A stretch of 64,000 nt of DNA from Eledone cirrhosa (GCA_964016885.1 OZ024750.1:6076001-6140000), one strand, 5' to 3'; positions 25,549-41,773 are shown, numbered from the stretch's first letter. A program made the numbers and translations. The notes: generated by a model not told the origin, from the sequence alone.

Positions 25549-26742
25549 CATATACACACATGCGTGTATGTGTGTATATATAGATATATGTATGTATAAA
25601 TTTAAGAGAGAGATATTAGGGGGAATACGTCACCCTAAGTGTGTTGTATATTTGTGTTATATTTTAGCTTTAGTTTTACATAATTGATAAAAAGAAAAGT
25701 AAAACTTAAAAACAACAGTTTCCGGTAATGTTGTGTAATTACCATTTAGATGCTTCGTTCACAAACCACCCTGCCAACGCTCCATCTATATCAATCACTA
25801 CAACAATTACTACGGCCAACACCCCTCACCAATACCATTACTACGCCAGCGGTAATCTCAAAAGAAGTTCAACTGTTTATTTTCGAAACTTTGCAAGTAA
25901 TAACCATTTTTCGCCCAGGAATTTTCCTGTTTATATTTACACATTACTACCGTCGCAAGATTCGTGCGTCTAACGCTGGCAAATGATATAATTATCGCTT
26001 AAATAACGTGGGTGGGAATGTGGTTAATGTTTGCAGAAAGTGTTGACATAGGAGATATTATTTTCGAGTGCAATTACATTAATTAGAATATAAGAATGAC
26101 AGTAATTCGTTTACTTTAAACATAACTATATATATCAATCATGTATGTCAGCAAATTGGACAGAAAATTTGATAAATACATTTCTAATAAACTATATTCT
26201 CTACGTTAAGGAAAATTGCAGCAACATTTTTTTCATAATATATCAATAAGATGATGAATCTAATAACGACGTTGTTAATAATAATAACTATGATAAAAAT
26301 AATAGTATAATAGTAAAAACACAATTTTTTTCTTCTATGTTATTGATCGTTCTTTGTTAGAACGTTGAAAAGATGACTCATTATCAGCTGTCCAGAGTAG
26401 TGTCAGTTAATGCACATAAAAAACATGGTGTGCCACACGAATTTTATTAAACCTACATGGATAGTAGTTTCCTCTTGTACGAAGAACCTGCAACGTTATA
26501 GATTCACAAATACATCCAGACATCAAACGACTTCTCAAAAGCATGTATATACATATGTGTTGCAATTATAATGAGTCTAATCTTCGTATGGTAATTAGGG
26601 ATTTGCGGTCGTAATTATTGGAAACATGTGTGTATAAATATGTATGCATTTAAATACATCAGATATGCACTGAATAAACACTATATACTGTTATAAAGAA
26701 TATTCATAGAGTCAAGAGGATATTTGTTATCTATAGCGAGTA

Positions 26743-26878
26743 TCCCACCAAGGTTAACTTTGTCTTTCATCCTTACAGGGTCGATAAAATAAAGTACAAG
26801 GAATGCAATGTGGCCGGTTTAATCGATTTTCCTCTTCTCCCAAATGGTTGGCTTTGTGTCTACATTAGAAACCATTAT
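26743..26878 (+). mobile_element. Diverged 5'-truncated SINE (long variant)
   Basis: AGGTTAACTTTGTCTTTCATCCTTACAGGGTCGATAAAATAAAGTAC. Confidence 0.8.
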
Positions 26879-26988
26879 TAATAGCAAGCATCTATTTCAA
26901 AGTTTCGCCGAAACTTCTATATTTTCACAGCAGTTTATTGTAGCCAATAACATCGGCAAAACCTCGAAATCAAGAGTACTTCTTAATA

Positions 26989-27039
<51 letters not shown>

Positions 27040-27329
27040 TGTGTGTATGTGTGTGTGATTGTGAGTGAGTGCAATATAGATATTAAACAAGCCAAACTAT
27101 ATGGTTATAGAAACAATATGTTGATACAACCTCCTTTCACTGTATAAACCTCTCATCATTATATATGGATTTGTATTTAGTACTTTCAATGACTTCAGTT
27201 TACCTGTATAGTATATATATTAGAAATAAAGATGAGAATAATTGACTAAAAAATCATATTCTTATTATTAATGACAAATATATTGAACGCGATCTTGTTG
27301 ACATGTTTGCATAATTAATATTGTAGCAT

Positions 27330-27680
27330 GTGCACATTATGTTTGCAACACAATAATTAGGTCCCAGGTTCGATTCCATTTCGTAGAGTTTTGAGGCTAG
27401 TGTCATTTACCATGGCCTCAAGATTACCCAACCATTGTGGGTGGAGCTGGTTTGGAGAAAGCGGCAAGTACCTCGGATGGGCTGTACTTGTTTTCAAAGA
27501 ACCAACCATTTCATACACATATATAATGTGTCACGTTGAATCTCCCTGAGGATTAGATTAAAAATACACCAGTTTGTGGAATGCTCATGCCACCGTGTTA
27601 AATTCGAATTCGGGAGCAGGCTCTTCCATTGATGAGAAGAAAAGAGTAACGCTCATCGTCGCAACCGACGAAGTTCTATT
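27330..27680 (+). mobile_element. Second, older tRNA-derived SINE family
   Basis: B box GGTTCGATTCC at ~27367; 3' part GTCACGTTGAATCTCCCTGAG...GAGCAGGCT...CGTCGCAACCGACG resembles recalled octopus SINE tails. Confidence 0.55.
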
Positions 27681-28240
27681 CTAGTTTACGAAATATTGAG
27701 GTTGAGATTTAAATGAAAAGAAATACAAAGAAAATAAGCGTTTATGAAACGTTTACGAAACAGTTTGGTGGGTCTCATGAAAATTCCGATGACTATATAT
27801 ATGAATCTAACGGAAAATGCTGAGTCATTACCATTCTTCCATTTTGGGTTGTTGAGAGAGGAAATGTCTTATGTTTATCATATGTGCTTTCTCTTATAAT
27901 CTTCAACCAATTCGGCAGAACAGAACGTGTTATATGGCCAATTTTCATCTGTGGAATGATTTACTCAGTGAAATAACGGAATTAAATTTATTCTGGAACG
28001 TGCAGTGAAAAGCACACGTACAGAGATTTTTCCGTTATTTTATTAATTTGAATAAGATAACAACAATAAAAATGGCAGCTCTATGGTAAAACTGATCACA
28101 ATGACATCATGATACAAATCTCCTGACACTTGTGACAACACTTTCACAGAATAGATGTGAAGTTTCTTTTCATATATTTGAATGGTCATGACCTCAATTT
28201 CCCTAAGATGTGTAATGCTTGTACATACATACGTACATAA

Positions 28241-28274
<34 letters not shown>

Positions 28275-28885
28275 ATATATATACATATATACATACGTAC
28301 ATGCATATATACATACATACATACATACGTACATATATATATATATACATACATACATACGTTCATAATATATACATACATACGTACATCCATATATACA
28401 TACTCAGTTTTGGTGTCATATTAAATGCACATTACTTGATTTTCCTAATAAGTAGTCATTGATGTTTGTGAATGTACAGTAGGCAGTTTTCTTAAAGACA
28501 CACACACACACTTGCATACATACATACTTACATACATACATACATACATACATAACACAACTAGTTAGGAAATTACAAGTACAATCCATTAATGGAACAG
28601 TAAAAATATGTAAAACATTCCAAAAATTTTGCATCTAATAACTACATATACACATGTACAGATACAAAGCATATACACATGCACACATACAACTCAAAAC
28701 ATCCACATCCACACATACAATAACATCCATATCTACACATGCATGCATATATATCTACCCAGTTGATGTGTAAATTCCAATGAGAGAGTCTTGTGTCTAT
28801 GTTAGAAACCGACTCTCTCTATTGGGAAAACAATTGTGAAATTATAAAACCAGAAGAACATACATACATACATACATACATACAT

Positions 28886-29489
28886 GGTGGCTGCTAACTC
28901 GTTTTCGAGTACGGTCACTACTTTATATCCATGTAGGAGAACCCCTACCGATGCGCTGAACGAGTGTGACTTTTTAGTCCAGCCAGCGACTTGAAAACTC
29001 TGGTACAAACACTACACTTGTGACAATTATCGACACATAGTGCTTTGCCTTTGGTACCATGTGACGACAAGTGCAGAGAGATCTCCAGATATAAAGCAAT
29101 GCCTGTGCCGTGAAGCTTTTATAGTGAGCAAAGGCACTGCACAAAGCCAGTCCCACTCTCTTAACCAAGATGATATTTACCAAAAAGAAGAACAAGTCAA
29201 CATCATTGGATACCATCAGGGTTGCAGGTGTTATATCAGAGTTTTCCTTCTCCTAGAATTCTGCCTTGACAAAGGCTAAGGGGTCATCTCTCCCAGTGAT
29301 TTTGGATGGCCATTGACTCTTAAGAGCTTCTTTGCCCTTTGACAGGTTTTGTTTTTAGTCCTGCAGGATGTCCAAAGTCACCCTCCTCACCAAGAAACCT
29401 TGGTGGGGTTGCCAGTTTAGTCGCCAACGACCCGACCATGAGACAGGTTGTACTGGGATACATGTTACCAGTAGCACCAAGTGGTGACC

Positions 29490-29492
<3 letters not shown>
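28886..29492 (-). mobile_element. RTE-clade LINE 5' fragment (5' UTR plus decayed AP endonuclease N-terminus)
   Basis: GAGTTTTCCTTCTCCTAG (29239) as recalled from invertebrate RTE 5' UTRs; minus-strand peptides KHYVSIIV and AGWTKKSHSFSASVGVLL resemble APE motifs; flanked by (CATA)n. Confidence 0.6.
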
Positions 29493-29834
<342 letters not shown>

Positions 29835-29970
29835 TTGTAGCGGTGATCTAGCATAGCATGTGACTTGGATTCACATCGAGCTGAAATACATAGAAAAAGT
29901 TAGTTTTGCTTAGCTTTGATATATATATATATGGGTGTGTATATAATTACATACATACATATATATATAT

Positions 29971-30014
<44 letters not shown>

Positions 30015-30218
30015 GATCAGAGCAAACATCACGGACGCTCTATCTCAAAATTATTTTTGAAAAGCATTAGAAATGCGCAACCGGTAAAACTTAAAACCAA
30101 AACTTAATACTAACCAATACCATTACTAATTCTCACTTAAAATTAAACTATTTTTCACTGTGAACAATTTGTCAGCATTTTCTATTCCGTTTACCAATAT
30201 ATATATATATATATATAT

Positions 30219-30541
30219 TTATTAAAATAACAGATTAAAGTTTAAGCAAAGAATCGCTGCTTTCACCCTTAACGGGATCTTCTGAAACTAACAAAGTCAA
30301 TCTGTAAATGCAGAAGTGAATATTTTAAAAAACGTTGCAACCGGAGGAAGACAGGAAGACGATACTTTGGTTCGTGGAAACGTTCCCTGGCAAAGAACGG
30401 GAAAAAACGAATATAATACATTATTTAGAGCGGTAAAAAACAATTACACGCAAAGACAGAACCACGATTATGGCATAAAAGAAGTCGTAGACTAATATTC
30501 TTATCGAGCCCTCTTCGGATTTTTGTCTTCAATTTTATTAT

Positions 30542-30545
<4 letters not shown>
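30219..30545. mobile_element. Family D element, longest copy
   Basis: End X, interior and end Y between (TA)n tracts; HHR-like CAGAAGA-T-CCCgttaaGGG-T-GAAA on minus strand (30260-30284). Confidence 0.7.
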
Positions 30546-30596
<51 letters not shown>

Positions 30597-31696
30597 GGTT
30601 GGTAACAAGAAAGGAAGAAGAAGGATAGTTTCAGCTCATAAAAATATATTTCATTAAAAATATACAAGTAATCTTATTGGAACTGTCGAATTCACTATAG
30701 CTTCACGTATAAACTTTATCTTAAATCTATAAATTATTACAGTATTTGTTTCCATACATGGTATAAAACATGCTGATAGATATGGGATGATATAAATGCA
30801 TATTATATCAATGTCAAAAAGCTAATTCTGAAAAAAGACATATACACATTTTATTCATTACAGGGAAAGTAGCAGATATATAAGAAATAATTCATATACT
30901 CAGGTCTCTATTGCTTTGTAAATTAGGTTTGAAATATACAGTTTTGTGCTTTTATGTATAGTATTACATATCTGTTATATTTTTTAATGATTTTGGATGC
31001 AAGTTGGCACTTTGATGGAAAATGCATAATTTATATTTATTTTAATTTCCAGACGTCTAAAATAGCTTTAAACGGATAAATTTTCCCCCGAAACTAGCAT
31101 TCGTAACAGACAGTTTATTCGGCAAGTTTAACTTTCAGGCACCAGTGGTTTCTCATAATTACACTTCCAAATCGAATTCCTAAGAGAGTTTCTTAACACG
31201 CCCAATGCTTTCTTCATACCTTCACTTATACATATAAATGCCAGATCACTTCCCCAACACAACTCTTAATGCTCACTGGGTGTAACCAAATACCTAAACA
31301 GCATAATTCACATTACAGTGTATAGCAATGTCGATTTGGAATTCCGTTGCTGTTTCTGATAGACTCACCATTTGTCTGAAATGCTTCAGAGAACATCCAT
31401 CTATTTTGCATCACATGTAATTCACATTTCTCCACGAAGGAATGTTGGTTTCCCTCTGAGATTTTTCGATTTAACACAAAAATAAATACAACCAGAAAAT
31501 GTTACAGGTTGTTGAATACACGAATGAAAATCTCATGCACTACAGAACTATAAAAATAAACATACTCTAGCCACATAGAAGTTTGGGAAAACTTGTCAGA
31601 CTTTAGTATGTTTGGGATAGTAATATCGTCATTAGGATGGCTACAAGGTAGAAGATGAGTCACACCTGTGAAATGAAATGTCGGCTGGGAATGTGC

Positions 31697-31798
<102 letters not shown>

Positions 31799-32114
31799 GA
31801 GAGAGAGAGAGAGGGGCGGGAGAGATCATTCTCATTGAACAATGCGTCAACGATGATAAGACTGAAGAAGAGCAAACAAAATTTGTGGAAATGTGGAGAC
31901 ATTTGCTAGGTATAGTTCCATGAATGATTAATGAGACTACAAAACGAAATCTTGATTTCTGTTGATTTGTTTCTTTTCCCCAGAATGGATATTGGAAATG
32001 TTTTATGGAATTTATGGAGACTGATTTAAACTTGTCAGCAATGATCCACGAGAAAAATATTAGTCAGCGCCATTTAAAATATAGACTCTAAACAAACACA
32101 CAGAGATATATATA

Positions 32115-32239
<125 letters not shown>

Positions 32240-32274
32240 CGTACCTGTGTATCTGAGTTCGTCATGTTCTTCAA

Positions 32275-32322
<48 letters not shown>

Positions 32323-32426
32323 GTCCATATACATGTACATATATATACATATATATATGTTCATGTATATGGACATATATATATATATATATTTATATGT
32401 CCAATACATCTACATATATACACATG

Positions 32427-32489
<63 letters not shown>

Positions 32490-32533
32490 GTGTATATATG
32501 TACATGTATAGGTATATGCATATGTAAATATGT

Positions 32534-32586
<53 letters not shown>

Positions 32587-32603
32587 AATATGTACAAATA
32601 TAC

Positions 32604-32671
<68 letters not shown>

Positions 32672-33666
32672 CGGGAGGGAGATAAATAGATAGATAAATA
32701 GATATACCAAAAGAGGAAAGAGATGAAGTAAGTGTGAGAGATACAGAGATACAGAGATACAGACCGTCTAATGGGGGAATGCTTATTGTGAATCCATAAA
32801 TCAGTGAAACGTAGTGAACGACATGTATGGTGGACTTGAAATTTATGATATATAACTCTTATAGTAACCTGCTCATGGTTGCAAACATTTCACTATATAA
32901 GGGGAAATCGTTTTAAACCCTTAAGGGATTTCCGAGCCTTTAGTAAGCCCTTCAGGTTTGAATAGTTTGAATAACATTATATACAGAATTAAGTAATAAT
33001 TATTGTCTTCATAAGGAAGTTGTTCATAAACTTTCCTGGTCGTTCTTCTCAAAATAATGTTCTTTTATACAACTTCAGTATGAAAAGTGATGCATCTGTC
33101 TATGGAGAAGGTGGTGAGTTATTTAGTTTATGGCTATTTCGCGGGAATGTTGTGCTGATAATATCAAATACTTCTGTTCAGAAATACAACTAGACTTCCC
33201 GGTGAAATACTATAATGTTTTAGAGTCGAGCCTGAATTATTGTTTTAATATAAACTAACACTGAATCATTAACGTAATCTCTGAACTCACGATGAATAGC
33301 CATTATATCCCCTTTAATACACACACTACATTTTAAAATAGAAGTGTATATTGTATTACGTAGTTCTTGAAACATTATATATGACTAAATGTTTGTGAAG
33401 TTTCAATTAGAATGTCTCTTGTCATAGGTGAGATAATGAAAATGTTATCGTCAATTACTGCATTGAAGTTGTACTATTCCCTGCATTTTTCTGAAGGTTA
33501 ATTGGACTTTATATAATTAAGACACACCTTAGAAATATTACAGCATAGGTGAGAACAGGTGAACAAATAAGAATGAAGCTAGCGATCTATCCACGACATG
33601 ATTCGTCTCATATTTTGAACAGGCTATAACTAAGGTCAGGCAACACATTTGCTGCCTGTTCCACTT

Positions 33667-33721
<55 letters not shown>

Positions 33722-33722
<1 letters not shown>

Positions 33723-33837
33723 TTGAATTTGTTTTGGAGGATTTCCCATCTGAAAACGTGTGTTGAAACAGATATTGTTTGGAGGTTCATGCAACCAATA
33801 AAAACATACACATCTGTTGGTTTCACTTCAATTTATT

Positions 33838-33840
<3 letters not shown>
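33722..33840 (-). mobile_element. Diverged family E fragment
   Basis: Aligns with 13088-13215; (TA)n on both sides. Confidence 0.7.
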
Positions 33841-34417
<577 letters not shown>

Positions 34418-34959
34418 CATATGCTGTAAAGTCAATATTTTTTAACAGCACAACTTTAATCCCAATGTTATTTCATATGCTAAAATGCAACAAACATATA
34501 AACGATACTTTTGCCTTTTTCCGATAGCCTTGGCATTGTAGAGAACATTTTAACTCGAGATCAAAGATAGAATTAGCAATTTTTTTTTATCTTTCGAGTC
34601 TAACTGACAGCTGAATGGCAATTGTTTCGATGTAAATATATCGTGTCATTGCTCGTAAGGTTTTTATTGTGTTATCTTTGGCATAACATAAACTTGTCAA
34701 CTTTCTACTGAACTCTCAGCTTAATGTGTAAGTTAGATGTAGTTATAATCGTGATAGAAATTGTACAGTAGATGTAAACATATGAAGCAGAAAAACTGAA
34801 AATCAGATTCGATTCCCAATGGTAGACATTCCATACGTTTCACTCACCAAAGCTCTGTGGAAATGCTATAAACGTTACATAATTTCATCAACTTCTAGAA
34901 ATATTTGTGATTCTGTTTACTGAAAATCAGGTTTACGACCTCTTACGATGAGCATTATA

Positions 34960-35185
34960 TTAGGTGACGAGTACAACCCAACGCAGACGATCTCCTGCTG
35001 TTGCTCTTTATGCATCCAATCCATGTGAAGTTGACGGCCATTGGATCGTCTAGAAGTGTACGAGGCCAGATTATCTTCGATCAGCTCCTTCTACGTTTAC
35101 CTCAAGGAGTCCTAGTTAACGCCATTTTCATGAACCGTTGATCAGCTTGGCAGGGAATGTAGCTGGTTAGGTGGCACCATCGCTT
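34960..35185 (-). mobile_element. Decayed RTE LINE 3' fragment
   Basis: Minus strand ALTRTP*GKRRRS*SKIIW resembles the RTE motif ALxWxPxGKRxRGRPKxTW. Confidence 0.55.
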
Positions 35186-35256
35186 TGTGATTATCTCCTC
35201 TGTTTATTTCCAAATGTTTATTAAATTGTAAGTCGATTAAATTGTTTAAAAACACA

Positions 35257-35478
35257 AAAGATGTCAACATGAATGGACCTGTGATTTTTATCTAAAGACA
35301 TTTTTTTCCAATTTCAACCCACCCGTCCCCTCAATCTATCTTATTTCTCATTCTTTCTTCTGATAATGGACTAGCGTCAGAAACGTTAAGACTCTCTTCC
35401 TGGTATATCAAGCGTTAACCTAATATATCCCTTCCATATACTGTACCGATTGTGTTGTTATTTCTGTTTACCTTTTAC
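35257..35478 (+). mobile_element. Family A element
   Basis: Aligns with 48-259; CTGATAA at 35360, GAAACGTTAAGA at 35380; ends in (CA)n. Confidence 0.78.
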
Positions 35479-35495
35479 ACACACACACACACACA

Positions 35496-35559
<64 letters not shown>

Positions 35560-36685
35560 CATACATTCATTTATTCATTCTTATTCCTATAAAATACTTA
35601 TGATGTTTTAGCAAAGATTAGGGAATATGCCATTCACTGTGCTGTAAGAAAACAAAGGTCTAAATAAATATACACTTATATATATATATACATATATATA
35701 TATGCAGATGTATATATATATATATATATATAAATATATATATTCATCTGTGTGTATGTGGTGGTAGTGGTGGTTGTGGTCTGTGTGTGTTGGAGTTAAA
35801 TCAACTTAATTGACTAAACTTCAACCATGAACATTCGGGAACCAGTAGCGGTCCGAAAAATTGTTATTAAAATTATAACAGAATACATGTTCTATTCTCT
35901 CTTTAGAAAAGTACAACAGGTGATGAAGATGTTTAGACGAAAAGCATCTCACTCCTTATGTCAAAATGAGAACTACGTATAACATGAAAAAAATAACCGA
36001 ACCCTAATCGCCTCCCTTTCCAACCTCTTTCTTCTCAACGTCACGAAGATCTATTTAGTTCATTGCAATTTTGACGTTTCTGTGTGAAAATCTTTTCTAC
36101 TTCAAATATGTTTTGAATACAGAATGTATTTACATCAAAGCAGATAAACAGTAGGCAAGAATTGGGATAAAGAAAGTAAAAAAAAAAAGGCATACAAGAA
36201 ATTTTCATCGAGAATTCCATCAAAAGATACTGAAAATAAACTGGAGGTGGAGATATACAAGACGTCACTTCGTAAACATGTGATAGAAATGTGGAGAGCA
36301 GACAATAAGATTTTCTGGTATGTAGAAAGGCTTCTTCTCACTATTCTTCTCATCTTTAGAAAGTTCTAAATGATAGCTGGATCTGAGTAGGCCAATATTT
36401 TCTAATGAAAACAAAGAAAGTTTAAAAGATGCCTTTATATAACATACTAAAATATACAAATACTTTAAAGCATAAGGCAATAAATATTCCATTGAAGAAG
36501 CACAGCATCATGTCAAAAAAATGGACATCTGACATATATTCAACATTTTCCAAGTCAACAAGGAGATTTTAGCTGGCCGCTTCATCTGCTAGAAATAGCA
36601 ACGAAATTCCCTTTAAATTTCCTAAAGTCTTCAACATTCAAGCTCACGTACAATAAAATTTATTAATGACTAAAATGACTAAAAT

Positions 36686-36786
36686 TAGAGAAGGAGTGGT
36701 AAGATACCAGGTGGGCCATAACGCACCAGAGTACTCGATACTTGAGGTTGTAGAGTAGGTAATAGGAAAAGATTCAGCACCTCGAT
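36686..36786 (-). mobile_element. Family C 3' fragment (diverged)
   Basis: CCATAACGCACCAGAGTACTCGATAC shared with the 34161 and 51857 copies. Confidence 0.7.
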
Positions 36787-36913
36787 GGAGGAAAAAAAAA
36801 GAAAAACAGACCCTTAAATATATTTTCCGGGCTATTTCCATTTTCACCTTTTCTCTCTCTCTTTCTCTCTCTCTCTTTTTCTTTCTCTCTGTCTCTCTCT
36901 TTTTCTTTCTCTC

Positions 36914-36949
<36 letters not shown>

Positions 36950-36971
36950 TCCCTCTCTCTCTCTCTCTCTC

Positions 36972-37033
<62 letters not shown>

Positions 37034-37125
37034 CTACCCTTTCGTATTTATAATTATATATAGTTGATATATAAGTATAAATACTATTATTAGCATTATT
37101 ATAATATATATATACACACACACAC

Positions 37126-37175
<50 letters not shown>

Positions 37176-37624
37176 ATATACTATCCCCTTGTCATTGCCT
37201 TTGGGCGTGGTTTGCGTAGGGTGTATGTATGTATGCATGCATGTCGTGGCAAATCGATGGCTGGAACAAATATATCTATATATCCAGGTCATATAACAAT
37301 GTTTATGTTATGCACCTGTCTCCAGATTAGAAACGGTGATACGGCATCTGGGAACAAGCTCATTAAAATTCGCCGACTAACCGACGTTCGTTGCAACGCA
37401 AAACTCACAGTAATAATTTGACATTTATTCGACTGTACTATTCTGGTCTTATTTTGCTGCCTTTTTATTATTCTTGGAGATAAAAATCGCAATACAAACA
37501 TTTATACCATCTCCGCACACATCTGCTGTTCTCTATCACACATACACAAACTGAAGATGCACCGACATGCATTTATATGTATGTATTCATACACGCATAC
37601 ACAGGTATGCGTACATATATGTAC

Positions 37625-37666
<42 letters not shown>

Positions 37667-37672
<6 letters not shown>

Positions 37673-37758
37673 GTCCCCAAAAATGTATACACAAAGGCTG
37701 TGCATTCTAATAAATATTGTCTGTACAGGTAATCAAAGTGTGTATACATTTTTTTGGC

Positions 37759-37764
<6 letters not shown>
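37667..37764. mobile_element. Tc1/mariner-type MITE
   Basis: TIRs AGGGTGTCCCCAAAAATGTATACAC and GTGTATACATTTTTTTGGCACCCT, with TA on both sides. Confidence 0.7.
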
Positions 37765-37813
<49 letters not shown>

Positions 37814-38213
37814 TCCATGCTGATTGCATTTTTATATATGTACGTAATAAATGTGGATACACCCCATTGTTTTAAGTAACAATAATATAAACAACCCATT
37901 TCTTTGCGATAATCACAACAGAAATGGTAAGATAATTATTTTTTTCCTAGCCGGGCTGTTGGGCACACTCAAACCAATCTTTGCCAGAGTTACACGCTCC
38001 TGCGACTGCAATATCAAAAAGCACAGCTGTGCTTATAAAATAACGTTAACAAAATCCATTCCAACATACTATAGTGCAAAACCTTTCAGAAATTACCAGT
38101 TGTGTCTATTGGTACCATTGCAATTAATGTTAAGATCAATGGTTCTGTAAACACAGAAGTCAGCTGGAACTATTTAATGTATATTCGTACGTATAATATT
38201 TCAAGTAGATATA

Positions 38214-38413
38214 ATGGTTTCTTATATAGGCCAGCAATTTGGGGGGAAGGGAAAGTCGATTAAATCGACCCCAGTGCGTAACTGGTACTTTATTTTACCC
38301 CCCCCCCCTGTAAGGATGAAAGGCAAAGTTAACCTCTGCGGGATTTGAACTCAGATCATAAAGGGCCGTAACTCTATGCGACCTTCTACCGATACTGTCA
38401 ACCCACCTCCCTT
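38214..38413 (-). mobile_element. tRNA-derived SINE (long variant)
   Basis: TSD TTCAAGTARATATRAT at 38200 and 38413. Confidence 0.88.
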
Positions 38414-39057
38414 CAAGTAAATATGATAAAACTATATGTTGTTCTTATTAACGAAAAAAATAATAAAAAAAGATTAAGAAATATTGGGCATTGACATTGT
38501 TCACAAGCAAATAGATTATTTGGGCTAAGTGGATCAGGTTTACCGGAATATATTTCCGAATAATTATGGAATACATTCAGGAAGTTATTTTCATTTCAAG
38601 TGAATACTTTTCAAACTGTCAATCATTGCTCCAGAACCAAGACGTTCGTAATTCTATATCGTTCATGATAAATGATATGTAATATGATATAAATGTCGGA
38701 ATTATAGATTCATTAAGAACTTAAAAATCAAGTAATTCGTAATTTGTAGAACATTTTAACCTGATAATGAGGGGGAAAATAAGCAATATATATTTAAATA
38801 TAAAATAACCAACTATTAGTAACAGGAAAAATTGTATTATGAATTTTAATTTATCTCCTTTGTTAGCTGCAGCATTATCTTCATTCTATCTCAATGTACA
38901 CAAAGGGTTTTAAATCGCATGTAAGACATTGTAAGATAGATGTTATATAATAACAACGGAATGGGTAAGTACGCTGTATACACAGCTAACTTTCATAACT
39001 TTGATAGGTTTCGGCCAGTATTAGCCCAGGCCATGTCTAACTTAATATCATCACCTG

Positions 39058-39172
<115 letters not shown>

Positions 39173-39284
39173 TGTGTGTGTCTGTGTGTGTCTGTGTGTG
39201 TGTGTGTATATATATATATGTATATATAATTGTTTCTACTTTTGGCACAAGGCCATATATGTATATATAATAATAGGGTTATAG

Positions 39285-39658
39285 TATCGTAAGAGAGAAT
39301 AGAAAGGAGAGATATAAAGAGGTGCGATAGAGAATACTACATGCCAAAAGCAAATGCGTAGTGTGCTCAATGCTTGGGTTATCAGGGTTAAATATTAGAG
39401 AAAGTTGATATTTAGTGTAAGGATTAAGCAGAGCTGGAATAAGCAAAGGTATGAGAGAATGAAAGATTTACAACCGTTAAAACATATCTTTATATAGCTC
39501 CTACACGTGTTTCGCTTAGGGGCGCTCGTCGGTGGCAGATATTCATATAGCAAAGTCCTTAATTACAAAGCCCTGAAAGGGTATAATAATATCACATCGC
39601 TAACACCCTGGGCGAAACACGTGTAAGAGCTATATAAAGATATGTTTTAACGGTTGTA
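39285..39658 (-). mobile_element. pLTR-like element with inverted repeat and CCGACGA-type hammerhead motif
   Basis: 47 bp IR at 39469-39515 and 39612-39658; minus strand CCGACGA-GC...GC-GAAACACGTGTA at 39502-39532. Confidence 0.65.
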
Positions 39659-39919
39659 TAAAATATATATATATATATATATATACGCACATATGTAGAT
39701 AAGTCTACCAAAAGTTTACGGTAGTGTCCAATCCGTATGAAGAACTCAATGTAATTATACGCACATATATATATATATACAGAGAAAGAGAGATAGATAG
39801 ATAGAGAGAGAATTAGAATCAAATAGATCGTTCGTCCCTGTGTTTTCCGTTCCGGAATTCCCAACCAAATTCTTGCAGTTATCTTTTTATCGCCTGAAGC
39901 AATCGTCAGTTTCAATCGA

Positions 39920-40052
<133 letters not shown>

Positions 40053-40124
40053 ACAGGCTCAGTTAAACATATAAAAAGAAAATCACCGTTTATTACATAT
40101 ATGTATGTATATATATATATATGC

Positions 40125-40181
<57 letters not shown>

Positions 40182-40212
40182 CATATATATCTATATATAT
40201 ATATATATATAT

Positions 40213-40274
<62 letters not shown>

Positions 40275-41023
40275 AGAGACAGAAGGAAGAATATAAATTG
40301 GAATACAATTACGCCCGGATTTGGACGTGTTTCCGTTTCAGTCAGAATGCAACTTCTGGCTACGTGTTTACATCATCCTACAGTGAGACATCGATTACAT
40401 CATTGCCCCCCTCCCCCACTATGTGTTAAGTTTATATATATATATATATATACATGATGACTACCTGATTTTCCGTCTAAGTTGAAAACGCTTCAGAGCT
40501 TGTTTACTACTTTTTTATTCCGACAGACAGAAAACTGATAAGTAGATCAACGTTGCAATACATAAAAATATATCACAGTTAGTTAAATAACACGGGTAAC
40601 TATATACCTAAAACATTTTTACTGCTAAAAATAAAAATAAAATCTCTGTGTAGAATGATAGAGAAGGGAAAACGAAATCGAAGTATTTTCCAATATAGGA
40701 TTCGAGTCTGTCGTAATTAGCCTTGGCTGAGTCATCAATAGTTTGGTTGTAATATTATAGACTTTCAATTGCATTATGTTTCTATGTTGTACGCCATGTT
40801 AGTTTGTATTTCTTTACCCTTTGCCCGAGAAATCGTTAAATTTCGTGCGATTCAATTGACAGTAGAGAAAAATATGCTTGTTTCTTAAGCACACTCAGTT
40901 CCATGAAAGAAGACAGTTTCCAAGACATTAGAGTCAAACTAATCGATACCGTAACTGAAACTTCTAGGTCTGTCAATGTTTAATTTCATTCGATCGACTA
41001 TCGAAATAGTTTCCCGCATTTTG

Positions 41024-41026
<3 letters not shown>

Positions 41027-41095
<69 letters not shown>

Positions 41096-41235
41096 TATAT
41101 GTATGTATATATATATATATGTATATATATACACATATATATACATATATATATATATATATATGAATGTATATATATATATATATATACACATATACAT
41201 ACATATATATACATATATATATATATATATGAATG

Positions 41236-41282
<47 letters not shown>

Positions 41283-41320
41283 ATATATATATATATGTAT
41301 ATATATACACATATACATAC

Positions 41321-41364
<44 letters not shown>

Positions 41365-41474
41365 TTATATATATATATATATATATATACATATATATAT
41401 GTATGTATATATATATATATGTATATATATACACATATACATACATATATATACATATATATATATATATATAA

Positions 41475-41519
<45 letters not shown>

Positions 41520-41620
41520 TACACACATATATATATATATATATACATATATACACACACGCACATATATATATATATACATACGCATACACCCACACAC
41601 ACATATATATATATATATAT
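41027..41620. repeat. Interrupted (TA)n array with higher-order repeats
   Basis: Recurring blocks ...GTATGTATATA...ACACATATACATAC...; source of long IY ORFs. Confidence 0.9.
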
Positions 41621-41773
41621 ACGTGTGTGCCTATTGTACTTTCATGTGTATGCATGTGAACATGTTTATATTTTGTAAGTGTTTATGAAGTACATACACA
41701 GGCACACACACATACATACATATATACACTAATATACATATATACATACATGGAGAGAATGTCATATGCAGAA

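Noticed and set aside
36180-36400. Possible hAT dimerisation-domain relic (LEVEIY..VIEMWRADNKIF)
   Set aside because: Similarity too weak to support without a profile search.
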